DNA from: Dendronephthya gigantea
Lineage: Eukaryota
Direction of reading: 5' to 3'
Assembly: GCF_004324835.1 (NCBI RefSeq)
Contig: NW_021163190.1
Location: 191,242-255,241, forward strand
DNA length: 64,000 nt
In this document: in pieces, positions 30,158-43,942 of the stretch
How the letters are laid out: each line of letters opens with the position of its first letter
How positions within the stretch are numbered: position 1 is the stretch's first letter
Translations under genes and position numbers: made by a program
The notes under the pieces: model-generated
The model's input: the letters and a program-made list of their open reading frames with translations, nothing else
Told to the model about the DNA's origin: nothing
Databases searched by the model: none

Positions 30158-32841
30158 ACAATATGTAAGGTATTAAGTGAAAACTCCTAACATATTATGA
30201 ACAATTGAAATGAACTATAAGATTTTCACAAAGTTATAGAAATAGATTGTAGCATTCTAAGTTGATTGTCAGACATATACTGATTTGTATTTTTGTGATT
30301 AAATTTAAATTGAGTCAGTTCTTAGAATATTATATTAAAGAACAATAACAAATCTTTGAAATAGATTTTTTCATTGAGGAAGGTTTAAAATGAAACACCA
30401 AATAAAAAATTTTAAATAAGCTTTTCTGCATCCCCTCCACCTAGGTTTTTCACCCCCCCCCTACCACATAGGTTTTTCAGCCACAACCACCCCCCCACTG
30501 GGTTTTTGCCTGGTCCCCCAGACCAAGAATCCTAACTGAGCCTCTGCCTCAAGAAATAGCTCAGTTACCTATTTTAAATATCAGCCTGTCTGTAAATGAT
30601 GTCTGTGTCTGTCAGACTGCCACAGACCAAATCATATTTTAAAATTTAACAATTAACAAGATTTGGAGAGATAGTTTTACTCTTTAATAAAACAAAACCC
30701 TGATTAACTAATATAAATTGGTTTGTCAAATAAAATAAAATTCTTGTTTCAAGTTTGTTCACAGATTGTTTTGTAATTTCACGTTTTCCATCGCGTCCTT
30801 GCAGGCTTTTAGTACAAGATTTACATTATCTTTTGTACTGTTCAACCCCATCAGACCAACACGCCATATCTGAAAAATTTCACAACAAAAAGTACGGTTT
30901 TTCACAGGGGAAAAATTTACGATTATGGAGCGAATATCTGCGAATATGGAGAAGAAAATTGTGAATATGGATACCTTTCCAGCAGATCTTCCAAGACCAC
31001 CTGAAATATCCATTTTATACCTGAAAATGAAATTGATTATTCAATTTTAACACTCCCTCTTTATTGGACCTCAATCACCCCTCTGTATGTATTAAAAATA
31101 TAGGTGTTGGCAGGGGGGGTAGAAATTCCAAAGTCTATCAATCAGCAAGTACCGTTAATGAGAGGAATCACCCCCCTGCCCGTATTAAAAATGTATCTGT
31201 TGGCAGGGGGGTGATTGCTTTCATTTACCGTACCTGCTGAGTGACGAACCTCTTATGCAAAAAACTATGGAGTTGTTCTTCTGATAGGTATTCTGTGCCT
31301 ACACTTTCTTTTAGTTTTATTGTATTTTTATCTTTACTTGAAAGCACGACATGAAATTCCCATTTAGACCTAACCCGGGGGATGACGGGAGTCAATGACC
31401 AAATTCATTACTCATTCTGTTTCGAGAAATGCATTATAGTTTAAAATTTAGTTTAGTTGAATTCATATTAGAGGCGGGAAACTCGTCTTACAAGGTCAAG
31501 GAAAACAGGAAACTCGTCTTACAGGGGAAACTCCTCTTGGAAACTCATCTTAGACGGGAAACTCGTCGGATGTGAATCAGGCCACAGACGGGTTTCTCGT
31601 CAGAATTTTCCCGCCTAACTTTCCCGTCTAAACAAACGGTTAATTTGAACGGGAATCCCTTCTGGACGAGAAACTCGTCTTAAATTCGCATTTAGACGGA
31701 TAAATCAGACGAGTTTCTGAAATATCAAAAACTTGACAAACCAATTTATATTAGTTAATCCGGGTTTTGTTTTAATAGAGAGTAAAACTATCTCTCCAAA
31801 TCTTGTTAATTGTTAAATTTTAAAATATGACTTGGTCTGTGGCAGTCTGACAGACGCAGACATCATTTACAGACAGGCTGATATTTAAGAAAAACTTGAA
31901 ACGGTTAACAACGAGGTCATCCTAACTGAATCTTCATATCCACACTGTGTAGCCATATCACAGATTAATACCCAGATATCCCACTTCAGATTAAAAAAGC
32001 GTAACCCCTTGTTCAGCAAGTGGCTAGACGCATTCACCCTCCCGAAATTTCAAAATTGAGCGGAACTATTTTGTATATGAAAATAAACTCCTCTCATTTG
32101 CTAGAGAAAGGGACTGTATGATTAAGTTTGTGCCTAAATCCATCATCATCTATACGCGCTTTGAAAAAGTTAGTTAAGAGTACCTCGTTTTCAATATTGT
32201 AGAAGTGTTTTATCTTTTTTCGATTGTCGTAGGAGCGGAAAATTATAAGCAGTAGAAATCACTGTTCGACGGTATATTTTCAAACATATTTCATTTAAAA
32301 AGTACTAGTGTGTGCATGAATATCTTTACATTGAATAGCCTTTCCTGTACAAATCAATAAATGTACATATATTCCGTTTCATTTGAACACATCGTGCAGT
32401 TTTTAACCATATGCTCTATCTATAAACTATTTATTACGATTGATTTTTCTTAGTATAAAGTATCATTTTCTTTGAACTCATTTCCATATAATGAAATAAG
32501 AAATTCCTAGCAACATAAACACAACCAATAGCAAGTCAGTATTTAAATAAACAACAGGTACTCAGCTTTTGTCACAAGACAATAATATTAACATAATTTT
32601 TTTATACCACAAATTGCTGTCCACAAAACACTCTTTAAACACTTTAAAAGGAAGAGATATTTCTCTATTGTTCTAAACAGATAATTTTGCAAGAAATATA
32701 TTGAGAAAATACAAACACATGCAGACTTCTTCAAGAACGAACACTGTATCTATATTCAGTCTATACAGCGAGGTTTATACTACAGAGCGACAAACAACAC
32801 AGAACTTGCTTTATTATTACGACACAAGAACGACGTGAAAT

Positions 32842-34467
32842 ATGGCTTCATATATACAAGGCTACGACGAAGAAAGGTTTGTGGACAAAATCAATCAAAA
32901 TTTTCATTGCCAGATTTGCTTCAACGTCTTGAAAGAGCCGGTTATGTGTTCGAGAAACCAGCATTCTTTTTGCCGTTGTTGTATTACGAAACATCTGGAA
33001 AATTCTCAAACATGCCCAACGTGTGCTGATGAACTGACCGTAGAGACTTTGATCGAACCACCGCGAATGGTTAAAGATTTTTTGAATGAATCAAAAATTC
33101 GTTGCGTTTACATCGACAGAGGTTGTCAAGAAGTTGTAGAATTACAGCATCTTGACCGCCATGAAGATACATGTGGATATACACCAGCCGTTTGTACAAA
33201 CCAAGGCTGTGGTTTAATTGTCAACAAGCGTGATCTTATTCGCCATGAAAGTGAAGTCTGTGAATTCCGAAAGTTGAAGTGTCACTCGTGCGGAGAAATA
33301 ACGAAAACTTTGGCAGATATGGAGGAAAGAATGGCGAATATCGAGAAGAATAATGTAACAATTGAAACTAAAATAACAAATTTGGAGAAAAACGTTGCCA
33401 CTGTTGCAAATATCGAGAAAAACACGGCAGACTTAAAAGCGAATATGGAAGGAAAACACGAAGCGGTTAACAACGAAGTCAAAGGATTGAAAACAGCTTT
33501 GGTCAGAGCTTTTGATGAAATAAAGGACGTTCTTATCACGATGGAGGGCAAGAAAGAAGAAAACACAAGAAAAGTAATAAATAGACCAAGTGGTGATAAG
33601 GAAAATATAATTGTTGCTGGAGGTTATTTGACTAACTCTGTAGAGATGTTTAACTGGCGTCAAAGAACATGGTTGCCATTACAATCAATGCCAGAGAAAC
33701 GTTATGGAGCGACTTCATTTATTTACAACAATCATATGACTATAGCTGGGGGTTGCTGTTTTCCTAACATTGTTGATGATATGATTAGAATGAATATTGA
33801 CCCAAACCCTGATCTCTCAACACACTGGAGTGACTGTCCTGATAAACTACCTGATAAGTCGAGATTCTACAGCAGTGTGCTGTATAATGATCAGTTGATA
33901 GTCTCTGGAGGTGAAGAGAGAAACGATTCATCTGACTTGATCAGAGCAGTCCAGCTTGTTCCTCCCTATACTGTGAAGACCTTATCAAGAATGCCAGAAC
34001 CAAGACAATGTCACAGCATGGAAATATTTGATGATAATTTGTTGATAGTTGGTGGAAGAACAACTCACAGACACACAGACAACCTCAGCAGTGTCGTACT
34101 GTACGATATAAAGAAGAATGAGCTGAAACAGTTGTCACCACTACCGTATGAAGTGAGTCTCATGGCAACTGTGAGATGGGGAGACAACATTGTTGTTATT
34201 GGTGGCATTGACAAACATGCCAAGACATTAGATACAGTTATCATTTACAATGTCAAGACAGAACAAAGTCACATGCTGCCATCAATGAGACGGAAAAGGA
34301 GGGGATGTACTGCAGTTGTTATTGAAAACAACATTGTAGTCCTTGGAGGGTTTGGTGAGCGACGAGAGCTGAAGTTAGTTGAAGGTTTCAACTTTGAAAG
34401 GTATTCTTGGGAAGAGCTTCCAGAAATGTCTGAAGCAAGATACTGGCACACTGCTGTTGTTGTGTGA
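32842..34467 (+). CDS. RING-zfTRAF-CC-Kelch paralog, 541 aa
   Basis: ORF track; same architecture; loops IAGGCCFPNIVDD, SGGEERNDSSD, LGGFGERRELKLVEG. Confidence 0.85.
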   Translation: MASYIQGYDEERFVDKINQNFHCQICFNVLKEPVMCSRNQHSFCRCCITKHLENSQTCPTCADELTVETLIEPPRMVKDFLNESKIRCVYIDRGCQEVVELQHLDRHEDTCGYTPAVCTNQGCGLIVNKRDLIRHESEVCEFRKLKCHSCGEITKTLADMEERMANIEKNNVTIETKITNLEKNVATVANIEKNTADLKANMEGKHEAVNNEVKGLKTALVRAFDEIKDVLITMEGKKEENTRKVINRPSGDKENIIVAGGYLTNSVEMFNWRQRTWLPLQSMPEKRYGATSFIYNNHMTIAGGCCFPNIVDDMIRMNIDPNPDLSTHWSDCPDKLPDKSRFYSSVLYNDQLIVSGGEERNDSSDLIRAVQLVPPYTVKTLSRMPEPRQCHSMEIFDDNLLIVGGRTTHRHTDNLSSVVLYDIKKNELKQLSPLPYEVSLMATVRWGDNIVVIGGIDKHAKTLDTVIIYNVKTEQSHMLPSMRRKRRGCTAVVIENNIVVLGGFGERRELKLVEGFNFERYSWEELPEMSEARYWHTAVVV

Positions 34468-34924
34468 ACAATATGTAAGGTATTAAGTGAAAACTCCTAA
34501 CATATTATGAACAATTGAAATGAACTATAAGACTTGCACAAAGTTATAAAAATAGATTGTAGCATTGTAAGTTGATTGTCAGACATATACTGATTTGTAT
34601 TTTTGTGATTGAATTTAAATAAAAGAATTCAAGCAATAGGTAGGCGCATGAGTGAAAAAAATTTGATTAAATATTGACCATGTTGGATCAGAGTTATTAG
34701 TTTCTATTAACTGTTGTTTGGATTAAAAAATTCAACTTTCCTAGAAGCATAAATATTTCTGGGAGGAGACATAAAATGAAAGGGTAAACTTACGATGTTT
34801 CAGAGCATGTGATGCAGGGAATATTTCTGATGTTAGATTTCAACATTGATAATGGCGCCTGTTCATCTCTACCATGATGTTCCCCACATTTGAAATAAAA
34901 TTCCTTTGAGAGAACAAGAAGTTT

Positions 34925-35225
34925 GTGATCAACCTACTTTAGTATTTTACCCTGTCTAATGTCAGATGATTTTACTCATCAGTGGAAGAGTACTGTCAGT
35001 TAACAAGTTAACAAAACTATCTGTCAGTGTCTCTTGTTAACCCACTAGCTTGCAATGCACCCAGATGTGACCTACTTTAGTATTTTACTCTGTCTAATTT
35101 CAGGTGATTTTACTCATCAGTGGAAGAGTACTGTCAGTTAATAAGTTAACAAAACTATTTGTCAGTATCTCTTGTTAACCCATTAGCTTGCAATGCACCT
35201 AGATGTGACCCACTATTGTATTTTA
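34925..35225. repeat. Same 138-bp satellite, ~2 units, inverted orientation (paralogous to 24770-25190)
   Basis: Sequence identity to 24770-25190. Confidence 0.85.
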
Positions 35226-36142
35226 GGTCTGATAGGTGAATAACTTACCGCTGTTGTTCCCTGACAGTTTGTATTGGATTCACATTGTCCCTGCATGCAG
35301 CCTTTGATCAATACATCATCCCAACCATTTGGACCCTTGCAAGAAACCATAAATATTGTGTAAACGAAATGTTTGTTGACATTCAAAAACTTTTACAGCA
35401 GCTTCCTTCCTTGCAATTTGAACATTGACATCGCAATTTTCCTCGTGTTAGTTTCTTGCAAGTTTTACAATAAACAAATTAGAAAGAGAGTGGCTTATTA
35501 GAGAGAGAGGGTGGGGTTTTATGGAAGAAGTATAATAAAATTAGGGAGGAAAGGCAGGGTAGAGAAACCCCTAACCAGGGTTTCTCCGTGAAAAAAATGT
35601 AAGGGTATCAAGCTGGGGATAGGGGTTTATTGGAGATGGACAATTAGAAAAGTGGTACAGTACTGTATTAGACGACACCCAGGTAAGGGGATATGGACAA
35701 GGGTGGGGTGGGTTAATTAGGAAAAGGGTTTTTAGAGAAGAGGCATATTAGAAAGGCGTATGCTAGTAGGGAAGGGTATAGGGGATTGGCTATAGAGGGT
35801 TATTTATAAAGGGATGTAAGAGAAGAGGTACATTAGGGAGGGGCTATCAGGATAGGGAATAGAGAATGATTTGAGGGTTAATTAGAGAGGAATATTAGAG
35901 AAGAGGTATATCAGGGAAGGGCATTATGAGAGAGGGGGATGGAGAGTGATTTGAAGGTTAATTAGAGATGGCTTTTGAGGAGGATATTTTATAGAGGACA
36001 AACTAGAGAAAGGGTTATCGGAAAAAAGGTGTATTAGACAGGGATACAATACAAGGAACAGACATGAAAAAGAGGTTATTATAGTGGGTTAACTAGAGAG
36101 AGGTTTATCAGGAAAGAGGACTTTATTAAATCTCATAACCAC

Positions 36143-36290
36143 CTGATTGTTGAGATTCACCATCTTCATCTTCGTCATCCTGTGTCAGTTTCACTTTCGT
36201 CAAACCATCATTCGCATTGTAAGTTGCATCAACTGAGATCTGACCAGATTTCTGAACAGCATGAATGACGCTGTGGTTCATCTCCGCATT
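36143..36290 (-). CDS. Exon 2 of the second copy of the UBL-domain gene
   Basis: Paralogous to 26653-26800 with the same acceptor and donor context. Confidence 0.5.
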
Positions 36291-36467
36291 CTAGAAAAAA
36301 ACACAGTTTCTGATCTCTGAATGTCAGACCCATTGTCGACTGATGGCAATTTAAAGACTGCTTTTCATTAAGTTAACTTTGCCTGCATGGGTGAAACAGC
36401 CTTCAGACAAATCTGCAGGTGCAGTTGTGACACGCCTCAAGAAAGAACAGGCAGCACCGTAGCGAGA

Positions 36468-36607
36468 AACTTAATTGACCTTTTTCATAATGACGTCAAA
36501 TGCGGAAAGTCTGATGTTACACAAAGTTTCATTGGTTTCATAGTTTTGTGGAGCCAATCAAATTTCGTGTAACATCAGGCTTTCCGTGTTTGAGGTCAGT
36601 ATAAGAA
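36468..36607. mobile_element. ~140-bp palindromic MITE-like element (second copy at 48961-49110)
   Basis: gacctttttcataatgacgtcaaatgcggaaagtctgatgttacac...gtgtaacatcaggctttccgtgtttgaggtcagtataagaaaggtc folds on itself. Copy 2 interrupts the ttaggattagggttaaa repeat. Confidence 0.55.
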
Positions 36608-37495
36608 AGGTCCATTACAGGCGTACATTCATATACTTGTTTATGCCCAACAAATTTCTTTTGTAAGCTATTGTTCCTATCATATGTAAACATGAATGTA
36701 CGAATATACACCCTTCAATTAAGCTGTCTAGCCATGGCACTGACGCAAAGTTAATGTAATGAAAACCACCTTCAGGAATACAAATATTTCATGTTCTGAA
36801 ACTTCACTTTCTGATGCAACTTTAAAAAGCCAAGCATTTGTTAAAATGGTAAAAATTTGTAGATCTTTCACTTAAACTTGCTTTCAAATCAGTCTACCAT
36901 AAAAAAGCCAACCAGATTTCTCTCTTTTTTGAAAGCCCAGCTGTGCACAGACCATCTATTGTAGTCAACTCTCCAGTATTTGCAAAGAAATTTAAAAAGA
37001 TTTCACTGATGAGGTAATAGTGCTAAATAATCTCACATTTCAGTGAATTATTTTGTAAATACATTCACAATGACAATGTTGGTTGCTTTACTTTTGAGCC
37101 ATATTCCAAGACACCTGAAGCCTGGCTAGAATCTGAGAATTTTGAGAATCATCTGAAAAATCCTGGAAACTGTCCATGAGTGAGAATTCACATAAGTTTG
37201 GGTCGGGTTTTAGTGAAGAAAGATCGCTTTGAAAAATGTCTTAAAATATCATTTTATCAAGATTCAGACACTGTGATATTCTGAGATGGACTGACTCAAG
37301 CAAGACAAGCTGTATCATAATCTATCTCAGATTTACTATAACGAAGATGGTCGCTTTAAACATCAAAATCCCGAACTAAAAAAAACCTCATTTATGAAAT
37401 CATTTCAACATTTCACAGTAAAGCTTTCGTTATTTCTTTGAAAATTGTTATATAAATCACATTAAAAGCTTGATATTTTCCTAAAAATCACTCAC

Positions 37496-37669
37496 CCCGA
37501 GTGTTAATTCATCGGGTAATTCTCGACCGGCAAAAATGATTTTAATTCCAGCAGTTTTGACATTTTTCTTGCGAGCAATTTCGCGTTTTAGTTGAGAGAT
37601 TGTCCAGGATGGTTGAAAACGAAGGTTAAATGATTTGCCGTTGAAGTTTACGGTCACGTCGTGCGACAT
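37496..37669 (-). CDS. Exon 1 of the second copy of the UBL-domain gene (segmental duplicate)
   Basis: ORF track 37481..37669: identical protein except A25S; same gtgagt donor. Confidence 0.65.
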
Positions 37670-38961
37670 ATTTCGCTAGAAAAGCTCGTGTATTTCCTTC
37701 CAATTGAGATAAAATAATTCAAAATATTTTGCTTCAAAACGAAAGTTTGGAAAAGAAATGTTTGAAAATTGAAAGTTTAAAACGACGGTTGCTTCTACTT
37801 ACCAAAACAAACTTCCTCTTTTTTCCTTGAAATTTCACTCCCTGACAGTTTTCTGATCTCTTGGAACACTGGAATGTTTAGCGTTTTCTAAGTTGACAAT
37901 CAATATAATCCATTTAATCCTTGAGATTAGGTTAGGATTAGGGTTAAACTTAGGATTAGGTTTATCCCTATTTAACAATAAACTTAAAACCTAATCTTAA
38001 CCCAAATCGTAACATAATCTCTGATCTCTCGCAACACTGGAATCTGATCTCTCGCTACACTGGAATGTTTGGTGTTTTCGATCCCGGCAGTATTATCCAT
38101 TTAATCCTTGAGATTAGGTTAGGATTAGGGTTAAATTTAGGATAAGTTTAACCCTAATAAACTATAAACCAAAAACATAATCTTAACCTAATTCCTAACA
38201 TAATCCCAAAGATTAAATTCGTGTATTTAGGATTTAGTAAACATGGAGTTTTATATTAAAAACTATCGCAGCATCGTCAGCACTTTTGAAAGTGTAAATT
38301 CGCATTTTAATAGAACAAGTTAAAGTTTTCAGCCACAACCTCACCTGGGTTCTTCTGCCCCGGTCCCCCAGACCGAGAATCCTAACTGAGCCTCTGCCTC
38401 GAGAAATAGCTCAGTTACCTATTTTAAATATCAGACTGTCTGTAAATGATGTCTGTGTCTGTCAGACTGCCACAAACCAAGTCATATTTTAAAATTTAAC
38501 ATATAACAAGATTTGGAGAGATAGTTTTACTCTTTATTAAAACAAAACCCTGATTAACTAATATAAATTGGTTTGTCAAATAAAATAAAATTCTTGTTTC
38601 CAGTTTGCTCACAGATTGTTTTGTAATTTCACGTTTTCCATCGCGTCCTTGAAGGCTTTTAGTACAAGATTTACATTATCTTTTGTACTGTTCAACCCCA
38701 TCAGACCAACACGCCATATCTGAAAAATTTCACCACAAAAAGTACGGTTTTTCACAGGGAAAAAAATTTACGATTATGGAGTGAATATCTGCGAATATGG
38801 AGAAGAAGATTGTGAATATGGATACCTTTCCAGCAGATCTTCCAAGACCACCTGAAATATCCATTTTATATCTGAAAAAGAAATTGATTATTCAATTTTA
38901 ACACTCTCCCTCTTTACTGGACCTCTAAGAATCACCCCCCCTGCAAGTATTAAAAATGGGG

Positions 38962-39345
38962 CTGTTGGACACCGCAGAAATTGGCGTTTAAGACGTTTCA
39001 ACCCGAAAATCTAATCGCTGGTTCACAATTGTGCATTTCTGTATCGCCCTATCAAAGAGAAACCTTTTGAATATCTTAAAAAAGTTCAATTTTTCTTCTG
39101 AATACGCATTCTGCAATCTTTTGACAGCTCATCATACACATCTGACCGCTGTGAAATGGCCATTTTGAGGCTTAAAGTATACACAAGGTTATTAATTCAG
39201 ACGATTCGTTTTTACCGTGAGCAAGCTTCAAATCTTTTGTGCAAGACATATTTTCTTGAATATTTATGAATCTTTTTCCTCACCAAGTTTGAAGTCTAAG
39301 TATCGAGAATTGCGGCTAAGCCTATACCAATTTCCGCGGTGTCGG
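38962..39345. mobile_element. Dispersed repeat (SINE-like?) inserted into the palindrome module; related copy at 58790-59040
   Basis: Shared ~250-bp core (aaaagttcaatttttcttctgaatacgcattctgcaat..ttgaggcttaaagta..accaagtttgaag.ctaagtat.gagaat). The insert splits gggctgttgg|..|gggctgttggcaggg. Confidence 0.45.
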
Positions 39346-40245
39346 GCTGTTGGCAGGGCGGTGACTTATTCCCAAGATTCACTCAGCAAGTACCGTAAAT
39401 AGAAGGAATCACCCCCCTGCCCATATTAAAAATAGTGCAGTTGGCAGGGGGGTGATTGCCTCCATTTGCAGTACTCCACTTATGAAAAAAACAATGGAGC
39501 TGTTTGTCTGATAGGTATTCTGTGCCTACACTTTCTTGATACGCTATACGACCTTTTGTGATCACTGATCAAAACGAAAGTGAATTTCATGAACACTTTG
39601 AAGTTGCGTTTTTCTTATTCACCACAGCTGTAGATCAATCCACAAGATATCCTGAACCATTTGTGTGTTGATGAAAACTCATTTAGATTGGAATATTATT
39701 GCACCGCGAAAATATTCAACTTGACTTAGACAGAGTAAAATACTAAAGTAGGTCACATCTGGGTGCATTGCAAGCTAATGGGTTAACAAGAGACACTGAC
39801 AGATAGTTTTGTTAACTTATTAACTGACAGTATTCTTCCACTGATGAGTAAAATCATCTGACACGATTAGGAAAAATCTAGGTTCATAATGCTAGACAAT
39901 GCAGTTTGACCCATTCACTTAGCATACATAGCTCAGTGCGTTATACTCCAGTCCCAGTTCTCTCTCTTAGGTCGCGATATTTTTAATTTATTTGTGGAAA
40001 CACCGCAGCAAATTCCAGGAATTCCTGACAGCAAATGATGCATTTTATGCAAACACTTTATAAGGAAGAGATATTTGTCTTCATAAACTGATAATTTTGG
40101 GAACGATTTCGAGAAAATACAAACACAGACTTCTCCAAGAACGAACACATTATCTATATTCAGTCTATACAGCGAGGTTTATACTACAGAGTGACAAACA
40201 ACACAGAACTTGCTTTATTATTACGACACAAGAACGACGTGAAAT

Positions 40246-40397
40246 ATGGCTTCATATATACAAGGCTACGATGAAGAAAGGTTTGTGAACCAAATCGATC
40301 GAAATTTTCATTGTCAGATTTGCTTCAACGTCTTGAAAGAGCCGGTTATGTGTTCGAGAAACCAGCATTCTTTTTGCCGTTGTTGTATTACGAAACA
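40246..40397 (+). pseudogene. 5' fragment (Met1..CCITKH) of a RING-zfTRAF-CC-Kelch copy, cut off by a transposon insertion
   Basis: MASYIQGYDEERFVNQIDRNFHCQICFNVLKEPVMCSRNQHSFCRCCITKH, then non-homologous GAATAC-rich sequence. The gene resumes at 43943. Confidence 0.8.
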
Positions 40398-43300
40398 CTG
40401 CATGAAAAACCGCGTATTCACAGGTGAATACGTGCGAATATGAGTTCGAATATGGTCCATATTCACACGTATTCACAGATATTCACTGTGAATATCCTCG
40501 GAATATTGGGGGTATTCCGATGTGAATACCTGTGAATAAAACACACCGCGTATTCTGACCTAGAATACCTTCGAATACTCTGTGAATATTTTTCAAGACC
40601 TAGTATTCACACTTCGGCATAGAAAATGTGATTGTACGCATGAATACTGGATAATCAACGAGTTATATTGTGTAAATATTGCAGGAAATGCGTTTATATA
40701 CCACGGAATAGGCAATTAAAGGTTGTTTCAGTTCAATGCCGGTGTCAACTGTTATCCAGCATTTCTTCTCATCACGGTCACAAATTGAAATTGCACTTGA
40801 TTTGTTTAGGCGACAGACAATAAATGTTACCAAACGCACGATGATTTTTATTTGATTAATTTTTTTGCTGCCGCAGGGATGTCGAGTATCGTATATCCTC
40901 AGTCGATGAGCGCTGAGTAGCCTCGTAAGTCGTAAAAAAGCTGTATAAAAAGAGAAATATCCATCAATTTCTTTTATTACCTGTGTAAAAGAAGTTATAT
41001 ATAAAAAAAATACTTTTATTTTTGCTTGGATACGTAAACACATGGGTAGAAAGTTGATGATTCTGTATCGTCAAAAGCATCCGTAATATAAACAGTTCAG
41101 TGTTGGGAAATCGTAGGAAATTTCCTTTGGGAAATTTCCTCTTCGACATGTTAGTGACAATTTTTGCGCCAAGGAATTGCGGCGAAATTGCGAATAAATG
41201 GCGAAATTCGGAGGTCGTATAACAATAACAAATAAATGTCTTTAAATGATTCCTCGCAAAAGTTGTCCAGTTCCCTTTGTTTACAAAACGATAACATGGC
41301 ACAAATGTCAATTGGTTTCAACCAGGGCGCTTATATATAAATGCGTGGTTTCAACAGAAGTTCAAGCTGTTCAACTTTGAATTGTTAAAGATGTTCGCGA
41401 TGCCCCAAAATAATTCTTGTGGCGGCGCTAAAATCAGGTAAGTTATTTAATAATAACAAGAGTTATGTCATACTATAGTCCTGAAACAACACAACACAAC
41501 AACAATAGTGCGAGGCCAACGCTTTTACGGCTGGGCTCATCACTTTTTTTGTTTTTATTAATATAAATAGATTACGATTGTGTTTATTGTAGCTAATTTG
41601 TACACAGCTAACTGTACCTGCTTGTAGATAAATAAATTGTATGATGGTTTTCATCAATCCTACCTCCATCACACACTAATTATAGTAGGTACAAATGTTT
41701 GCCATTTCAAAGCCATACTCAATACAAACAAAATTTAAAAGTTTGCCAATACTGAAAAGGGACATTACTTTCTTACCTACCACAAATATTCAGAAAGCTG
41801 CTGTAATCATAACTTTAACATAACATAACCCTTAGATAGACGTTTCAAGATGCATTGAAATGAGGTGCATTGGTACATTTCATGAGGGTTTTTTATATTT
41901 TAGGCAAAATTTATATATTATAGATATATATTGTTATATAATTGTCACAGAATAGCTAATGATTGATTGCCAAAAGATTGAAATCTTAACAATCAGCTGC
42001 CCAAAGACAGAAATCTTAACAGCTTAGAAATCAAAGCCAGACTGTGTTTTTTAGTTATATATAATACATATTTTTTAACAAAATAATGGCCTATATTTTT
42101 CCTTTTAGCATATATGAATTATATTTAAACTAATATTTACCACAGAATAGCTATTGAACTGGTTGCCAAAAGATAGGAATCTTAACAACCAGCTGCCCAA
42201 AGACAGAAATCTTAACAGCTTAGAAGTTCATGCTAGACTGTGTTTTTAAGTGAAGCCTTTTAACATTGCCCTCATCATAATTTATAACTGAGACTGTTTA
42301 CTGATTTGTACATATACATTCTCCTAGGAATATTATAATTTCATTACACTGCATAAAATCTATGCACAACAATAAAAACAAATGGCCATGCATGCAACAT
42401 CAGCTTTTACCATTATCATTAACCTTTCGGATAATAATCTATTATAGCTTAAGAAAGTTTGCTATGTATTTTGTTCAATAATTGCTTTAAGGTGGTTTTA
42501 ATTGTTTTTAGCCATCAGGGGTTGCAAGATTGAGAAAATTCCCAAAAGAGTTGGCCTTAACTTTGCTAAAGATGAAGAGGATTTTTCACCCAGTGAAAGA
42601 AGTTCCTGATTCATTATCTGCTCACCTATAGTTTTTAATATCTTACCAAGTGAAAAAACATCACTTGCTTTGCTCAACAATTTACTATTAAGTATAATTT
42701 CTGACATACTCCAGGAGCAATGTGTTTCATATAATACTAAAACAACATTGCTTATAAATTAAACAATCAGCTGATGAAAGATTGAAAATCATAACAGCTT
42801 AGTAGAAGTTCATGATAGGCTGTGTTTTTGCTACATATTTTGAACAATTTGTGATGTTCCAATAATATTTTTATAAAATGTGAAATGTTGTAACCCATCA
42901 CATGTACATGTGATCTGTTAAGGACTGTATAAAATTTAAATAATTGACTGAAATCTTAGTATTGCATTTGATCAACCTTGATAAAACACATTAACTGTGG
43001 ATAAACCTACCATTGCAATGTGTATGACTGCTATGCAAATTAACATGGCAACCTAAAGATTATGCATGTTGTTCATATTGATATTTTCCTTAATGGACAG
43101 ACTTGAGGGACAATAAATGCCTAAACATTCGCACAGGCTGCGAACGCATAACCCATTAACCTCTTATCACCAGGTAATTTGTTAATAAAATGTTGAGATT
43201 ACTCCCAACATGGTCATCGGGTATAGTCTATAGACCGGCTATTGAATTCAACTGCACGATATTTAGTCACTCACCGAAGAGGTCCCTTACGCACAAACAG

Positions 43301-43942
43301 TATATGCGTTTTCGGTTTTGAACAATAAAAAATCCTTGAAATACGGTTAATATTCGTTATCATTTTACACGTATTAGCGAACATAAGGTGCTGTAGCAAT
43401 CGCGCCATGCAATCTCATTTCTATTTCGCGCATTTTCTTCATCAGACTTCGTGGGAATCGTAGCATACAAATACTCGCCGGCATGCTCTTTAACTGCGAC
43501 CAGAGTTTCCAGACTTTACCAAGCCCTTGGCATCCTTCACTCTCTTCCCTTATTTGTAAGCGCCAAAAAGATTTCTTACAGCCACAAACGCACGATCTCC
43601 TCGTTCAATGTTTATTAAACTCGAAAGCGCGCTTTTTGGTTTTTGCGCCAAATTATTTATAAAATTCCACTTCAATTTTTCAGCATTCAAAATAAAGTTT
43701 AAAAATGTCAGCTGATGAATTTATTTTGTGGAAACACGGATTAAGTGAGAAGTGAGATATTCCAAGTGTGAATATTGGTCAGAATACGCGGCATATTCAC
43801 GGCGTATTCACACTTAGAATACTGAAGAATACGATGCCGTATTCACACTAATATTCCATGTCGGAATACGCTTGCAATATGTGTTTTATTCACACCCGTA
43901 TTCACATGTGAATACCTTGGAATACGGCGCTTTTCATGCAGT
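40398..43942. mobile_element. ~3.5-kb non-autonomous TIR DNA transposon inserted in the RING-coding part of a Kelch gene copy; TSD GAAACA (6 bp, possibly a degenerate 8 bp)
   Basis: Termini CTGCATGAAAAACCGCGTATTC ... GGCGCTTTTCATGCAGT are inverted. Dense subterminal GAATAC/GTATTC repeats at both ends. Host sequence GAAACA present on both sides (40392-40397 and 43943-43948). Internal ~85-bp repeats near 41940 and 42130. No transposase-like ORF. Confidence 0.75.
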
